Shown here piece by piece: positions 39,032 through 47,385 of a stretch of 64,000 nucleotides of DNA. The stretch is from a bacterium. GTDB taxonomy: Bacteria > Patescibacteriota > Patescibacteriia > S139-126. A program made the position numbers and the translations under genes. Numbering within the stretch: the stretch's first letter is position 1; each line of letters opens with the position of its first letter. The DNA lies in assembly GCA_030666865.1 (NCBI GenBank), contig DAOUWZ010000001.1:44753-108752 (forward strand), written 5' to 3'. Below the pieces are notes generated by a model. That model made no database searches. It worked only from the letters and a program-made list of their open reading frames with translations, and had not been told where the DNA came from.

Positions 39032-40561
39032 ATGAAAAACAAGAAAAAAATCAATAATATCACAACATTTTTAATCATTTTAGGATTATTATTGACTTCA
39101 TTTTTCCCATTTTCAAATACCAACGCCGCTAGTTTTGATTTTACCAAAATTGAATTGACTAACATAGACAATGACATTGCCACCTTTAAATGGTCAACTA
39201 ACTTCCCAGCGCAGGGTTGGTTTCAAATTGGTGAAAATAAATCAATATACACTCAAACTATTAGTGCTGTTGAATTTGACAATCATCAGCAAGCAATTGT
39301 CAGATTGCCAAAAGAAGATATTACTTACTTTTACCGTGTTATTGCAGAAAATACTGAGGGCGCAAGAATAACTTCTTTTGAATTTAACTTCAAAGTCAAA
39401 GATTTTACTGACGATACATTACCTAAATTTATTAATATTCCAAAAATTTTATACAAAGACAGTTCAACGGTATATCTGACATGGGAAACAGATGAAAAAA
39501 CTACTAGCAGACTTTATTATAGTCAAAAAAAAGATTTGTCCGATGCTAAAAAAATTAAAGGGAAGAGTAATAAAGAAAATATAACTAAAGTTAAAATTTC
39601 TAAATTAAACATCAATACTGTTTATTATTTTGAAGTAATAATTATAGATGATTCTGGCAACGAAGCTAAGACTTCGACTCTATCTTTTTCTACCAAACAA
39701 TTTAATGATCAAACTGACCTTCATCTTATTAATCAAAAACCTTTATCAAATAATTCCAACGAAATAAAAGATTCAGAAGTTAAGATGAGCTGGTTAACAT
39801 CCAAACCTTCTATTTGTAATATTTATTACGGAGAAAAAGGGAGGACTAGCAAAAAAATAAATGAAAAAGGTTTAGAAAAAATAGATCATAAGTTTTTAAT
39901 ATCAGATCTTTCTTCAGACACAGAATATACTTATTATATCTATTGTAAAGATATTTTAGGTAAAAAACTGAAAACTGAAAGAACTACTTTGAAAACCAGA
40001 TCGCCGAAAGTCTTGGGATTTGAATACACCAAGAATTTATTAGTAGAAAAATTTATGGGACAGGAATACCGATTGGTAACTACTAATAATAATCCAAATA
40101 TTTACGCCATTGTAAACAAACAAAAATATTTAATTAAAAGTCCAAATATATTTAAATCATACAATTTTTCCTGGAACGAAGTTGAAACTATTACTGATAA
40201 AGCATTGAATAAATACTCTGACGCTCAATTAGTTAAAACAATCAAGAATCCTTCTGTATATTATTTATATAACAATTATAATAGAAAAAAATCATTGCTT
40301 TCAGAAATAGCTTTTAAATCTTATCGCGGTAATTCATGGAAAAAAGTTATCCTGGTCAATAAACTGGATTTAAATCAATACCGAGATTTAGTATTAGTTA
40401 AAGAAAAAAATAATCCGACCGTTTATTTGATTCAAAACAATATTAAAAAACCGATAAAATCATGGGATGTTTTGGTTAAACATAAACTTGATGACCAGCC
40501 AATTGGTATTATCAGTAAAAAAGATCTTGATTCATATATTACCTCTTCAATGCTAGAATAA
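39032..40561 (+). CDS. Secreted protein with three FN3-like domains and three C-terminal repeats
   Basis: Signal peptide; W.T...Y...L...T.Y.(Y/F) x3; LV...NP.(I/V)Y x3. Confidence 0.75.
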   Translation: MKNKKKINNITTFLIILGLLLTSFFPFSNTNAASFDFTKIELTNIDNDIATFKWSTNFPAQGWFQIGENKSIYTQTISAVEFDNHQQAIVRLPKEDITYFYRVIAENTEGARITSFEFNFKVKDFTDDTLPKFINIPKILYKDSSTVYLTWETDEKTTSRLYYSQKKDLSDAKKIKGKSNKENITKVKISKLNINTVYYFEVIIIDDSGNEAKTSTLSFSTKQFNDQTDLHLINQKPLSNNSNEIKDSEVKMSWLTSKPSICNIYYGEKGRTSKKINEKGLEKIDHKFLISDLSSDTEYTYYIYCKDILGKKLKTERTTLKTRSPKVLGFEYTKNLLVEKFMGQEYRLVTTNNNPNIYAIVNKQKYLIKSPNIFKSYNFSWNEVETITDKALNKYSDAQLVKTIKNPSVYYLYNNYNRKKSLLSEIAFKSYRGNSWKKVILVNKLDLNQYRDLVLVKEKNNPTVYLIQNNIKKPIKSWDVLVKHKLDDQPIGIISKKDLDSYITSSMLE

Positions 40562-40608
40562 TTATTAAAAGAAAAATTCATCTACCTAAAAGGTAAATGA
40601 ATTTTTCT

Positions 40609-40683
40609 TGGTGACCCGTAGGGGAATCGAACCCCTGTTGCCAGGATGAAAACCTGGTGTCCTAACCCCTAGACGAACGGGCC
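40609..40683 (-). tRNA. tRNA-Glu(TTC), intact
   Basis: GGCCCGTTCGTCTAGGGGTTAGGACACCAGGTTTTCATCCTGGCAACAGGGGTTCGATTCCCCTACGGGTCACCA. Confidence 0.95.
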
Positions 40684-40697
40684 ATCAAATTTTAAAT

Positions 40698-40947
40698 TTA
40701 TAAACTAAATAATCTATTAAATAATTTTTCTTTAGCCGAACTGTTATTTTTAAGCTCTATCTCTCTCTTTAGCGCTGTGGTTTTATTATTATATGCTTCA
40801 TAATAAATCAATACCATCGGTAATTTATGTTTTATTGATTTAGTTTTTCCTGAATTATGTTGTTTTAAGCGTTCTTTCAAATCTTCAGAACAACCAATAT
40901 AAGTGGTACTATCTTTTTCACTCTTTAACACATATACATAAATACAT
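40698..40947 (-). pseudogene. Stand-alone GIY-YIG nuclease with a +1 frameshift after codon 2 (or a truncated GTG start at 40931)
   Basis: atg tat T tat gta tat gtg tta..; YVYVL..TYIGCSEDLKERLKQHN..YYEAY..ALKREIELK. Confidence 0.8.
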
Positions 40948-40965
40948 GATCATAATTTAATTTTT

Positions 40966-41059
40966 AGGATGCCACCCTAGCGGGTGGTCACCCGTAAGGG
41001 TGAAAAACCTGGTGTCCTTGCCTCCCGCTAGGGACGGCTAACCCCTAGACGAACGGGCC
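40966..41059 (-). pseudogene. Duplicated 5' 41 nt of tRNA-Glu with three mini-hairpin insertions
   Basis: Identical to the intact tRNA 5' part once inserts 40972-41003 and 41018-41038 are removed. Confidence 0.9.
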
Positions 41060-41174
41060 GAAATAAATTACTAATAATTTATAACTAATAACAAATAGCT
41101 ATTTTTAAAAAAATCGCCAAACAAGCAGCGCATAAGCAATATTAATACAATTTTACACAAATGTCAAATATGTA

Positions 41175-41203
41175 TTGCCCTAAATATAAAAATTTTCTAT
41201 AAT
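41175..41203 (+). promoter_or_regulatory. Sigma70 promoter for the hsp20 operon
   Basis: TTGCCC-17 nt-TATAAT. Confidence 0.6.
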
Positions 41204-41231
41204 ATACTTACTTATCATTATATCCAAATAA

Positions 41232-41750
41232 ATGACTAAACTAAAAAAATTAATTTTAGGCAGAATTAAAAACTCACAAGATGATCTAGTAGATCAAAAT
41301 AATTTAGAAAAACAAAATGAATTTTTATCTGACGATGACATTGGTCAAATTACTGAAAGTAAAAATAGTGTTATGAAACAAAACCAAGAAACCGACCAAG
41401 AATGGCTTGATGAAGATTTAGAAGGACAGTTGTCAGTTGACGTCTTTCAAAATAAAGATAATGTTATTATCAAATCAACAATCGCTGGGGTGAAACCTGA
41501 AGATATTGATATTGATATTAATAATGACATGATAACCATCAAAGGAAAAAGAGAAGCTGAATATGTAGTCAAAAAAGATGACTATTTTTATCAAGAATGT
41601 TATTGGGGGAATTTCTCTCGCTCAATTATTTTGCCAGTTGAAGTAAAAGCAGATAAGACGGATGCTGAGTTAAAAAATGGAATACTAACAATCACCATTC
41701 CAAAAGCCAAGGCTTCTAAAGCAATCTCAGTAAAAGTAAAAAGCGAATAA
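41232..41750 (+). CDS. Hsp20/alpha-crystallin small heat-shock protein
   Basis: VDVF..AGVKPEDIDI, E.YWGNFSRSIILP, A.LKNGILTITIPK. Confidence 0.93.
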   Translation: MTKLKKLILGRIKNSQDDLVDQNNLEKQNEFLSDDDIGQITESKNSVMKQNQETDQEWLDEDLEGQLSVDVFQNKDNVIIKSTIAGVKPEDIDIDINNDMITIKGKREAEYVVKKDDYFYQECYWGNFSRSIILPVEVKADKTDAELKNGILTITIPKAKASKAISVKVKSE

Positions 41751-41751
41751 T

Positions 41752-41979
41752 ATGAGTAATGAAAATATCATATCTGCCACAATAAAAAAACTAGAAACTG
41801 ACAAGGTTATAATTACAATTAACAATGGTAATGAAATTACTCTGCCTTTAAATTATATCCCAGCTGATGTTGGTGAAGGCGATGTTTTGCATATTACTAT
41901 CAGCAATCCACTTGATAATCAAAAAAAATCTGAGCAAACTAAAGAATTGTTAAATGAAATTCTTAAACCAAATAGCTAA
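41752..41979 (+). CDS. Small DUF3006-like protein
   Basis: LP..YIP.DVGEGDVL. Confidence 0.6.
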   Translation: MSNENIISATIKKLETDKVIITINNGNEITLPLNYIPADVGEGDVLHITISNPLDNQKKSEQTKELLNEILKPNS

Positions 41980-43822
41980 AATAAATAAATTCAAAAATAA
42001 ATGGTTATTGGCGTCGTTAACTATTTTTTTTATAGTTTTGGGGATTATTTTTGGATTACTAACCACCCTTCAAGTTGTATATGCTAAAAAAATATTACCG
42101 AATACATACATAGCCGGCATAAGAGTAGGGGGACTAGCTCCTCCAGAAGCTTATAAACTCGTACAGAAAAAAACTGACAACCTTCTACAAAAAGGATTTG
42201 TTTTTAATTATAAAAATCAAAAAATAATAGTACAAAACTCATTACAATCACTGGGAGACCCTGATATAAATCAAGAGTTAGTTAGTTTTGACCTGACGAA
42301 AAGTATTGACGAAGCGGCTCTAAACATCATGACAGAAAAAAATCATCTGGACTATCTCAAATATTTTTATACTATTATTAAAAGAAAGAACGTTCCTCTT
42401 TATTTTTACGCTAATTATGATGAAATAGAAGAAATTATTAGCCGAGATATGAAACAAATAATTTCTCGAGCCAAGCCAGTTGGAATTGAAATAGATAACG
42501 ATAATTTTTCTATTACCCCTGATATAAGCGGTAAAAATATAGACTGGATAAAAATATTTGGAATATTTGACGCACAATTGAAAAACTTAATATCTGTTGA
42601 GATTCCCTTGACCTTGAAACTTGAAAATGCAGCCATATCTTATGATCAAGCTAAAAAAAATACCAATAAAATCCAGGAAATAATCAATAAAAGACCAAAC
42701 ATCAAACTAACTCACAAGGGATATTATTGGACAATTTCTTGGCCTGAAATTAACAGGTGGCTTATTTTTAAAAAGAATAATCAAGATATAGTAATCACCC
42801 TGTCTTATGATGAACTAAAAATATATTTGGAAGACAATATTTTAGATGAAATAAATACTCCAGCCAAGGATGCCAAATTTGAAATTAAAAATGGACGAGT
42901 AATAAAATTTCAAGGCAGTCATGATGGCAAAGAAATGAATTTAGATAAAACAATTAATCTGATTCAAAATAATTTCTCAAATAATTTATTTGAAAATGAA
43001 ATAATTGTAAGCCCTATCCAAGCTAAAGTTAATACCAAGGATATTAATGATTTCGGCATTAGAGAAATTATTGGCACTGGTACTTCAAATTTCTCTGGCA
43101 GTCCTAGAAATAGAAGACACAATATCCAAATTGGCGCTAATACCCTAAATGGTATTTTAATAAAACCTGGTGAAGAATTTTCTTTGGTAAAAACATTGGG
43201 CGAGATTAATAAAGAGAATGGATATTTAACTGAATTGGTAATTAAAGGAAATAAAACTATTCCTGAATATGGTGGCGGACTATGCCAAATTGGCACTACC
43301 ACATTCAGAACTACCTTCAATTCTGGATTACCTATACTTGAAAGAAGAAATCATTCCTACCGAGTTCGTTATTATGAACCAGCTGGAACAGACGCGACTA
43401 TCTATGACCCAAAGCCTGATTTTAGATTCCTAAATGATACAAAAAATTATGTACTTATTCAAACTAGAATTGAAGGTGATGAGTTAATTTTTGATTTTTG
43501 GGGAACAAAGGATGGACGAGAAATTAAAATATCTGAACCAAAAATCTATAATATCACTGCTCCACCAGCAACTAAATATATTGAGACAACCGAATTAGCT
43601 ATTGATGAAAAAAAATGCACAGAAAGCGCGCACGCTGGTGCTGACGCGCATTTTACCTATCAAGTAACCTATTCGGATGGCAAAATTGATGAAGAAATTT
43701 TCACCAGTCATTATAAACCATGGGGAGCTGTCTGCTTAATCGGTGTGGAAGAATTGCCACCTGAAAATCCTGAAAAAAACAATAGTCAGGTCAGCACTTC
43801 CACTGAAGAAAGTCTTGACTAA
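41954..43822 (+). CDS. VanW-family protein with PG-binding (YoaR-like) region
   Basis: GGGLCQIGTT, ERRNHS, GTDATIY, DFRFLNDT. Confidence 0.92.
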   Translation: MKFLNQIAKINKFKNKWLLASLTIFFIVLGIIFGLLTTLQVVYAKKILPNTYIAGIRVGGLAPPEAYKLVQKKTDNLLQKGFVFNYKNQKIIVQNSLQSLGDPDINQELVSFDLTKSIDEAALNIMTEKNHLDYLKYFYTIIKRKNVPLYFYANYDEIEEIISRDMKQIISRAKPVGIEIDNDNFSITPDISGKNIDWIKIFGIFDAQLKNLISVEIPLTLKLENAAISYDQAKKNTNKIQEIINKRPNIKLTHKGYYWTISWPEINRWLIFKKNNQDIVITLSYDELKIYLEDNILDEINTPAKDAKFEIKNGRVIKFQGSHDGKEMNLDKTINLIQNNFSNNLFENEIIVSPIQAKVNTKDINDFGIREIIGTGTSNFSGSPRNRRHNIQIGANTLNGILIKPGEEFSLVKTLGEINKENGYLTELVIKGNKTIPEYGGGLCQIGTTTFRTTFNSGLPILERRNHSYRVRYYEPAGTDATIYDPKPDFRFLNDTKNYVLIQTRIEGDELIFDFWGTKDGREIKISEPKIYNITAPPATKYIETTELAIDEKKCTESAHAGADAHFTYQVTYSDGKIDEEIFTSHYKPWGAVCLIGVEELPPENPEKNNSQVSTSTEESLD

Positions 43823-43924
43823 TTAGTCGGTTTTGATTACAATAATAAAGCTATTTAAAATATATTACTAATATAATCACTGATTGTTATTAGTTATTAG
43901 TTATAAATTATTAGTGATTTATCT

Positions 43925-43970
43925 GCGGGTGTAGTTTCCGCCCGAGGCGGACCCGCCTTTGGCGGGCAGT
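43925..43970 (+). pseudogene. 5' fragment of tRNA-Gly with a 30-nt double-hairpin insertion
   Basis: gcgggtgtagtt[tccgcccgaggcgga cccgcctttggcggg]cagt equals the first 16 nt of the downstream tRNA-Gly plus an insert. Confidence 0.8.
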
Positions 43971-44025
43971 CAAAGATTAACATTAATTAATTTCTAATAT
44001 TTCGATTTTACTTTTAAATTTTCAA

Positions 44026-44102
44026 GCGGGTGTAGTTCAGTTGGCTAGAACGTTTCCTTGCCAAGGAAAAGGTCGCCGGTTCGAATCCGGTCACCCGCTC
44101 CA
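44026..44102 (+). tRNA. tRNA-Gly(GCC)
   Basis: GCGGGTGTAGTTCAG...ttcc TTGCCAA ggaa...GGTTCGAATCC...CCA. Confidence 0.95.
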
Positions 44103-44266
44103 ACAAATCAAACTCGATTAGAGTTTGGCGAAGCTGACACAAATCAGATTTGACCATAATCATCTATAGAAATAAATACATTACGAAAACACCTTGTAGT
44201 TTGTGGCTAATGGGATGACTATAAGCTATAGACTATAAATTGTTTTATTTAAATTTATCTAATCAA

Positions 44267-44353
44267 GCCGGGATGGCGGAATTGGTAGACGCGTTGGACT
44301 TAAAATCCAATAGTATTTATACTGTGGGAGTTCGATTCTCCCTCCCGGCACCA
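44267..44353 (+). tRNA. tRNA-Leu(TAA)
   Basis: GCCGGGATGGCGGAATTGGTAGACGC ttgga CTTAAAA tccaa, variable arm, GTTCGATTC, CCA. Confidence 0.95.
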
Positions 44354-44575
44354 CGCTGAACGTGATTAAAAAATGCTTAGCGTTTCACCAAGTTAGACCT
44401 AGTCAAACTTGGTTTATTAGAGCTTTAATGCTCTACTAAAATATTTGTATCTTGCTGCCAATTAATTTTGGCTTATCATATTGCAAGATAATATCTTTCT
44501 TTGATTAATAATCAGTACACTGCAAGTAGACACATTAATGTGTCCTTTCAGTCTGAGCTTCAGAGAAAGACCTAA

Positions 44576-44608
44576 GAGAAAATCGCGCAAATAATGCGCG
44601 ATTTTCTC
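44576..44608. terminator. Bidirectional terminator
   Basis: gagaaaatcgcgca / tgcgcgattttctc. Confidence 0.7.
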
Positions 44609-44629
44609 GTTGAATAAAAATAGATAACA

Positions 44630-44917
44630 CTATTGAATATTTAATTTTTTACTAATAAATTTTTTAGTGATATTTTTTATTATCAAAACTTTCTTTTGAT
44701 TTGTAATCCCTTGAATTACTTCAATATATGACTTTGGCACACCAATTACCTTAGCTAAAAAAGAAATCAACTCTTTATTAGCTCTGCCTTTTTCTGGAAC
44801 AGCTGGAATTCTCATTTTTAAATCTTCATTAAACCAACCAATAATTTCACTCTTATCTGAATTGGGAATAATTTTCACTGACAACCAAACATCTTTTTCT
44901 TTTTGAATAAACATCAA
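44630..44917 (-). CDS. DUF167/YggU family protein
   Basis: VKIIPNS, A.PEKGRANKELISFLAK. Confidence 0.88.
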   Translation of the reverse strand: MMFIQKEKDVWLSVKIIPNSDKSEIIGWFNEDLKMRIPAVPEKGRANKELISFLAKVIGVPKSYIEVIQGITNQKKVLIIKNITKKFISKKLNIQ

Positions 44918-44918
44918 T

Positions 44919-45698
44919 CTATAAATACTTTAATAGTTTATTATGCACCTTGCCATTTGTGGCCATAATATTTTTTGATTGTAAATTCCAATTTTTTCCT
45001 TTAAAATCTGTTACCTTGCCACCAGCTTCCCGAACCAACAACATCCCCACTGCTACATCCCATGAATGCGCTCCAGGGATGACAATACTTTCAGTAATAC
45101 CAGCAGCTACTCTGGCAAATTCGATTGTAGCTGCGCCTAATTGTCTAATCTCACAACCAGCTAAAAATAATTTTTGATGATAAATATTGGCTTGCCTGCC
45201 ATAAAATAATTTACTAGAACCATAACAATAAGTATGGAAAGCTTTAAGATAATTGCTTTCTGATGAAACTTTTATTCTTTTGCCGTTCAGCCAAGCCCCT
45301 TTTCCTTTTTCTGCAATATAAAACTCTTCCAAAATTGGAGCATAAATAACTCCATAAACAACTTCCCCTTTATAAGCTAAAGCGATTGATACTGAAAACA
45401 AAGGATTTTTAATAGTAAAATTGGTAGTACCGTCAACTGGATCGATAATCCATAAATAATCTTTAGAAGCAAAATCAAGACTGCCTGTTTCTTCTGACAA
45501 AATATCATGATCAGGAAAAATTTTCCTTATCTTTTTAATAATAATCTTATCGGCTAATTTATCGGCTACTGTAACCACTTGGTGCTTAGATTTTAAAGTG
45601 AACTTAATCTTGCCTGGACGATCGTATATCTTTTTAATTTCTTTCCCGGCTTCTCGAGCCGCTATTTGAGCGACTTGTTTTATTTTTTTTGTAATCAT
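44919..45698 (-). CDS. suhB: Inositol monophosphatase family protein
   Basis: SEE, WIIDPVDGTTNF, WDVAVG. Confidence 0.88.
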   Translation of the reverse strand: MITKKIKQVAQIAAREAGKEIKKIYDRPGKIKFTLKSKHQVVTVADKLADKIIIKKIRKIFPDHDILSEETGSLDFASKDYLWIIDPVDGTTNFTIKNPLFSVSIALAYKGEVVYGVIYAPILEEFYIAEKGKGAWLNGKRIKVSSESNYLKAFHTYCYGSSKLFYGRQANIYHQKLFLAGCEIRQLGAATIEFARVAAGITESIVIPGAHSWDVAVGMLLVREAGGKVTDFKGKNWNLQSKNIMATNGKVHNKLLKYL

Positions 45699-46198
45699 AT
45701 AATTTTTTCCAATAATTTTAATTCAAGTTTTTTATTCTCAGTGTCATATACAGCAAAAGTAGCTTTTTGAAATAACCCCGCTAAAGTACCAGGGTTAACT
45801 AACCTGGTTTTACCTACTAACTCTTCCCAAGGTTTGTGATTGTGACCATAAAATACCAAATCATATTTTCCGCTAACAGCTAAATCTTTGGCTTGATCTG
45901 GGTAATGAATAACTGCATAATTTTCTCCATCAATTTCAAACTCTGCCAAATCACCATAATGAATTACATGGGGAAAATCTTTAGCAATCATGGTAAGCAT
46001 TTCTCGGTCAGTTACGTTACCAAAAACCATACGAATTTTTCCGCTAAATTCAACTGCTAACAATTTTTTTAAAATGCTAGGCGCACATAAATCGCCGCAA
46101 AAAATAATTTCTTTAATACTACTTTGATTTACCCAATTTAAAAATTTTTCTAAATTCGGCACATTATCATGCGAGTCAGAAAAAACCGCTATTTTCAT
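45695..46198 (-). CDS. YfcE-family metallophosphoesterase
   Basis: SDSHDN, CGD, FGN, YGHNH, NPG. Confidence 0.9.
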   Translation of the reverse strand: MKIAVFSDSHDNVPNLEKFLNWVNQSSIKEIIFCGDLCAPSILKKLLAVEFSGKIRMVFGNVTDREMLTMIAKDFPHVIHYGDLAEFEIDGENYAVIHYPDQAKDLAVSGKYDLVFYGHNHKPWEELVGKTRLVNPGTLAGLFQKATFAVYDTENKKLELKLLEKII

Positions 46199-46393
46199 AA
46201 ATTTTATTTAATTGTTATTAATAGTTTAACAAAAAAAATAAAAAAAGTCAGCTACTCATTCTTTTCTATATCAAATGCTAACAAAAAAACGGGTGGACTA
46301 CCCGAATTTTTTAGACTCACTATCTAATAAATTATGCAGTGGGTCTAGTATATATTATTGGCATGGGGAATATAATATATTTTGTATTATAAA

Positions 46394-47275
46394 CTATATT
46401 TTAGATTTCCGCAATTTTTTCAAAATGTTAATATCTTTTTTAATAGTCTTTTCTCCGTCTACCCATGGAGTTTCTAAAATGAAATCCATATTTTTAAACT
46501 TAGGATAAGTCAGTATAGCTTTGATACCGTTCATCCCTATTTTACCCTTGCCCAAATTTGCATGCCTGTCTTTATGTGAGTCAAGTTCAGCCAAAGAATC
46601 ATTAATATGTATAACTTCCAACCTATTTAGTCCAATAGTTTGATCAAACAACTTAAATGTCTTTGATACTTGTTGTTTATTTCTTAAATCATAACCACTG
46701 GCAAAGGCGTGACAAGTGTCAAAACAGACACCTATTTTATTATTTGTACGGACGGGTCGCGACCCGTCCCTACCTTCTACTAACTTGATAATCGCCGCGA
46801 TTTGTTCAAAATTATCACCAACAATCTGCCCAGCACCAGCCGCAATCTCTATTAAAAATTTATTCCTACCTCGGTAGCCCTTAAGAGTCGCAATCAAAGC
46901 CTCAGCTGTTTTATTTACTATATCTCTGCTATCAATATCTTTTGCGCTGCCCAAATGCGTCATAGTAGCTCGCACGCCCAATTTATCACCCCGCTCTAAT
47001 TCTTGCCTGACAACTTCAATTGATCCTTTTAATATTCGATTATTAGTTGAAAGAAAATTTATATAGTAAGGCGTATGAAGATAATAAGAATCATAGTTAT
47101 TATCCTGACAATTATTTTTAAATTCTTTAACAACTTCTTTGGTCAAATCAGCCGGCTTGCCACCACGTGGCGACCGGGAAAACATTTGAAAAATCTCACA
47201 ACCAGCATTACGAGCATTCAAAGGAGCATTCTCAACTCCTCCAACTATAGAAATATGAGCACCAAATTTCATCAA
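46394..47275 (-). CDS. nfo: Endonuclease IV
   Basis: GAHIS, HTPYYIN, CFDTCH, HIND, DRHAN, ILETP. Confidence 0.95.
   Translation of the reverse strand: MMKFGAHISIVGGVENAPLNARNAGCEIFQMFSRSPRGGKPADLTKEVVKEFKNNCQDNNYDSYYLHTPYYINFLSTNNRILKGSIEVVRQELERGDKLGVRATMTHLGSAKDIDSRDIVNKTAEALIATLKGYRGRNKFLIEIAAGAGQIVGDNFEQIAAIIKLVEGRDGSRPVRTNNKIGVCFDTCHAFASGYDLRNKQQVSKTFKLFDQTIGLNRLEVIHINDSLAELDSHKDRHANLGKGKIGMNGIKAILTYPKFKNMDFILETPWVDGEKTIKKDINILKKLRKSKI
46746..46773 (-). repeat. GTAG-type REP inserted in frame in nfo
   Basis: gtagggacgggtcgcgacccgtccgtac encodes GRDGSRPVRT. Confidence 0.85.
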
Positions 47276-47356
47276 TTAGAATATAGCATTTAGTATATGG
47301 TATATTGGTAAAATAATTTTAAATTATAATTCTCTAAATCACTAAAACCTAGAACC

Positions 47357-47372
47357 CCTGCCGGCAGGCAGG
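47357..47372. repeat. CCTGCC-family palindrome
   Basis: cctgccggcaggcagg. Confidence 0.75.
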
Positions 47373-47385
47373 TATCAACTAAAAC

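Noticed and set aside
40609-41059. Prophage or integrative island attL/attR
   Set aside because: Only about 280 bp between the copies and no integrase; the duplication is the tRNA 5' part
41954-43822. Vancomycin resistance locus
   Set aside because: A VanW domain alone is widespread and no vanHAX genes are present; likewise the APH-fold kinases are not evidence of aminoglycoside resistance
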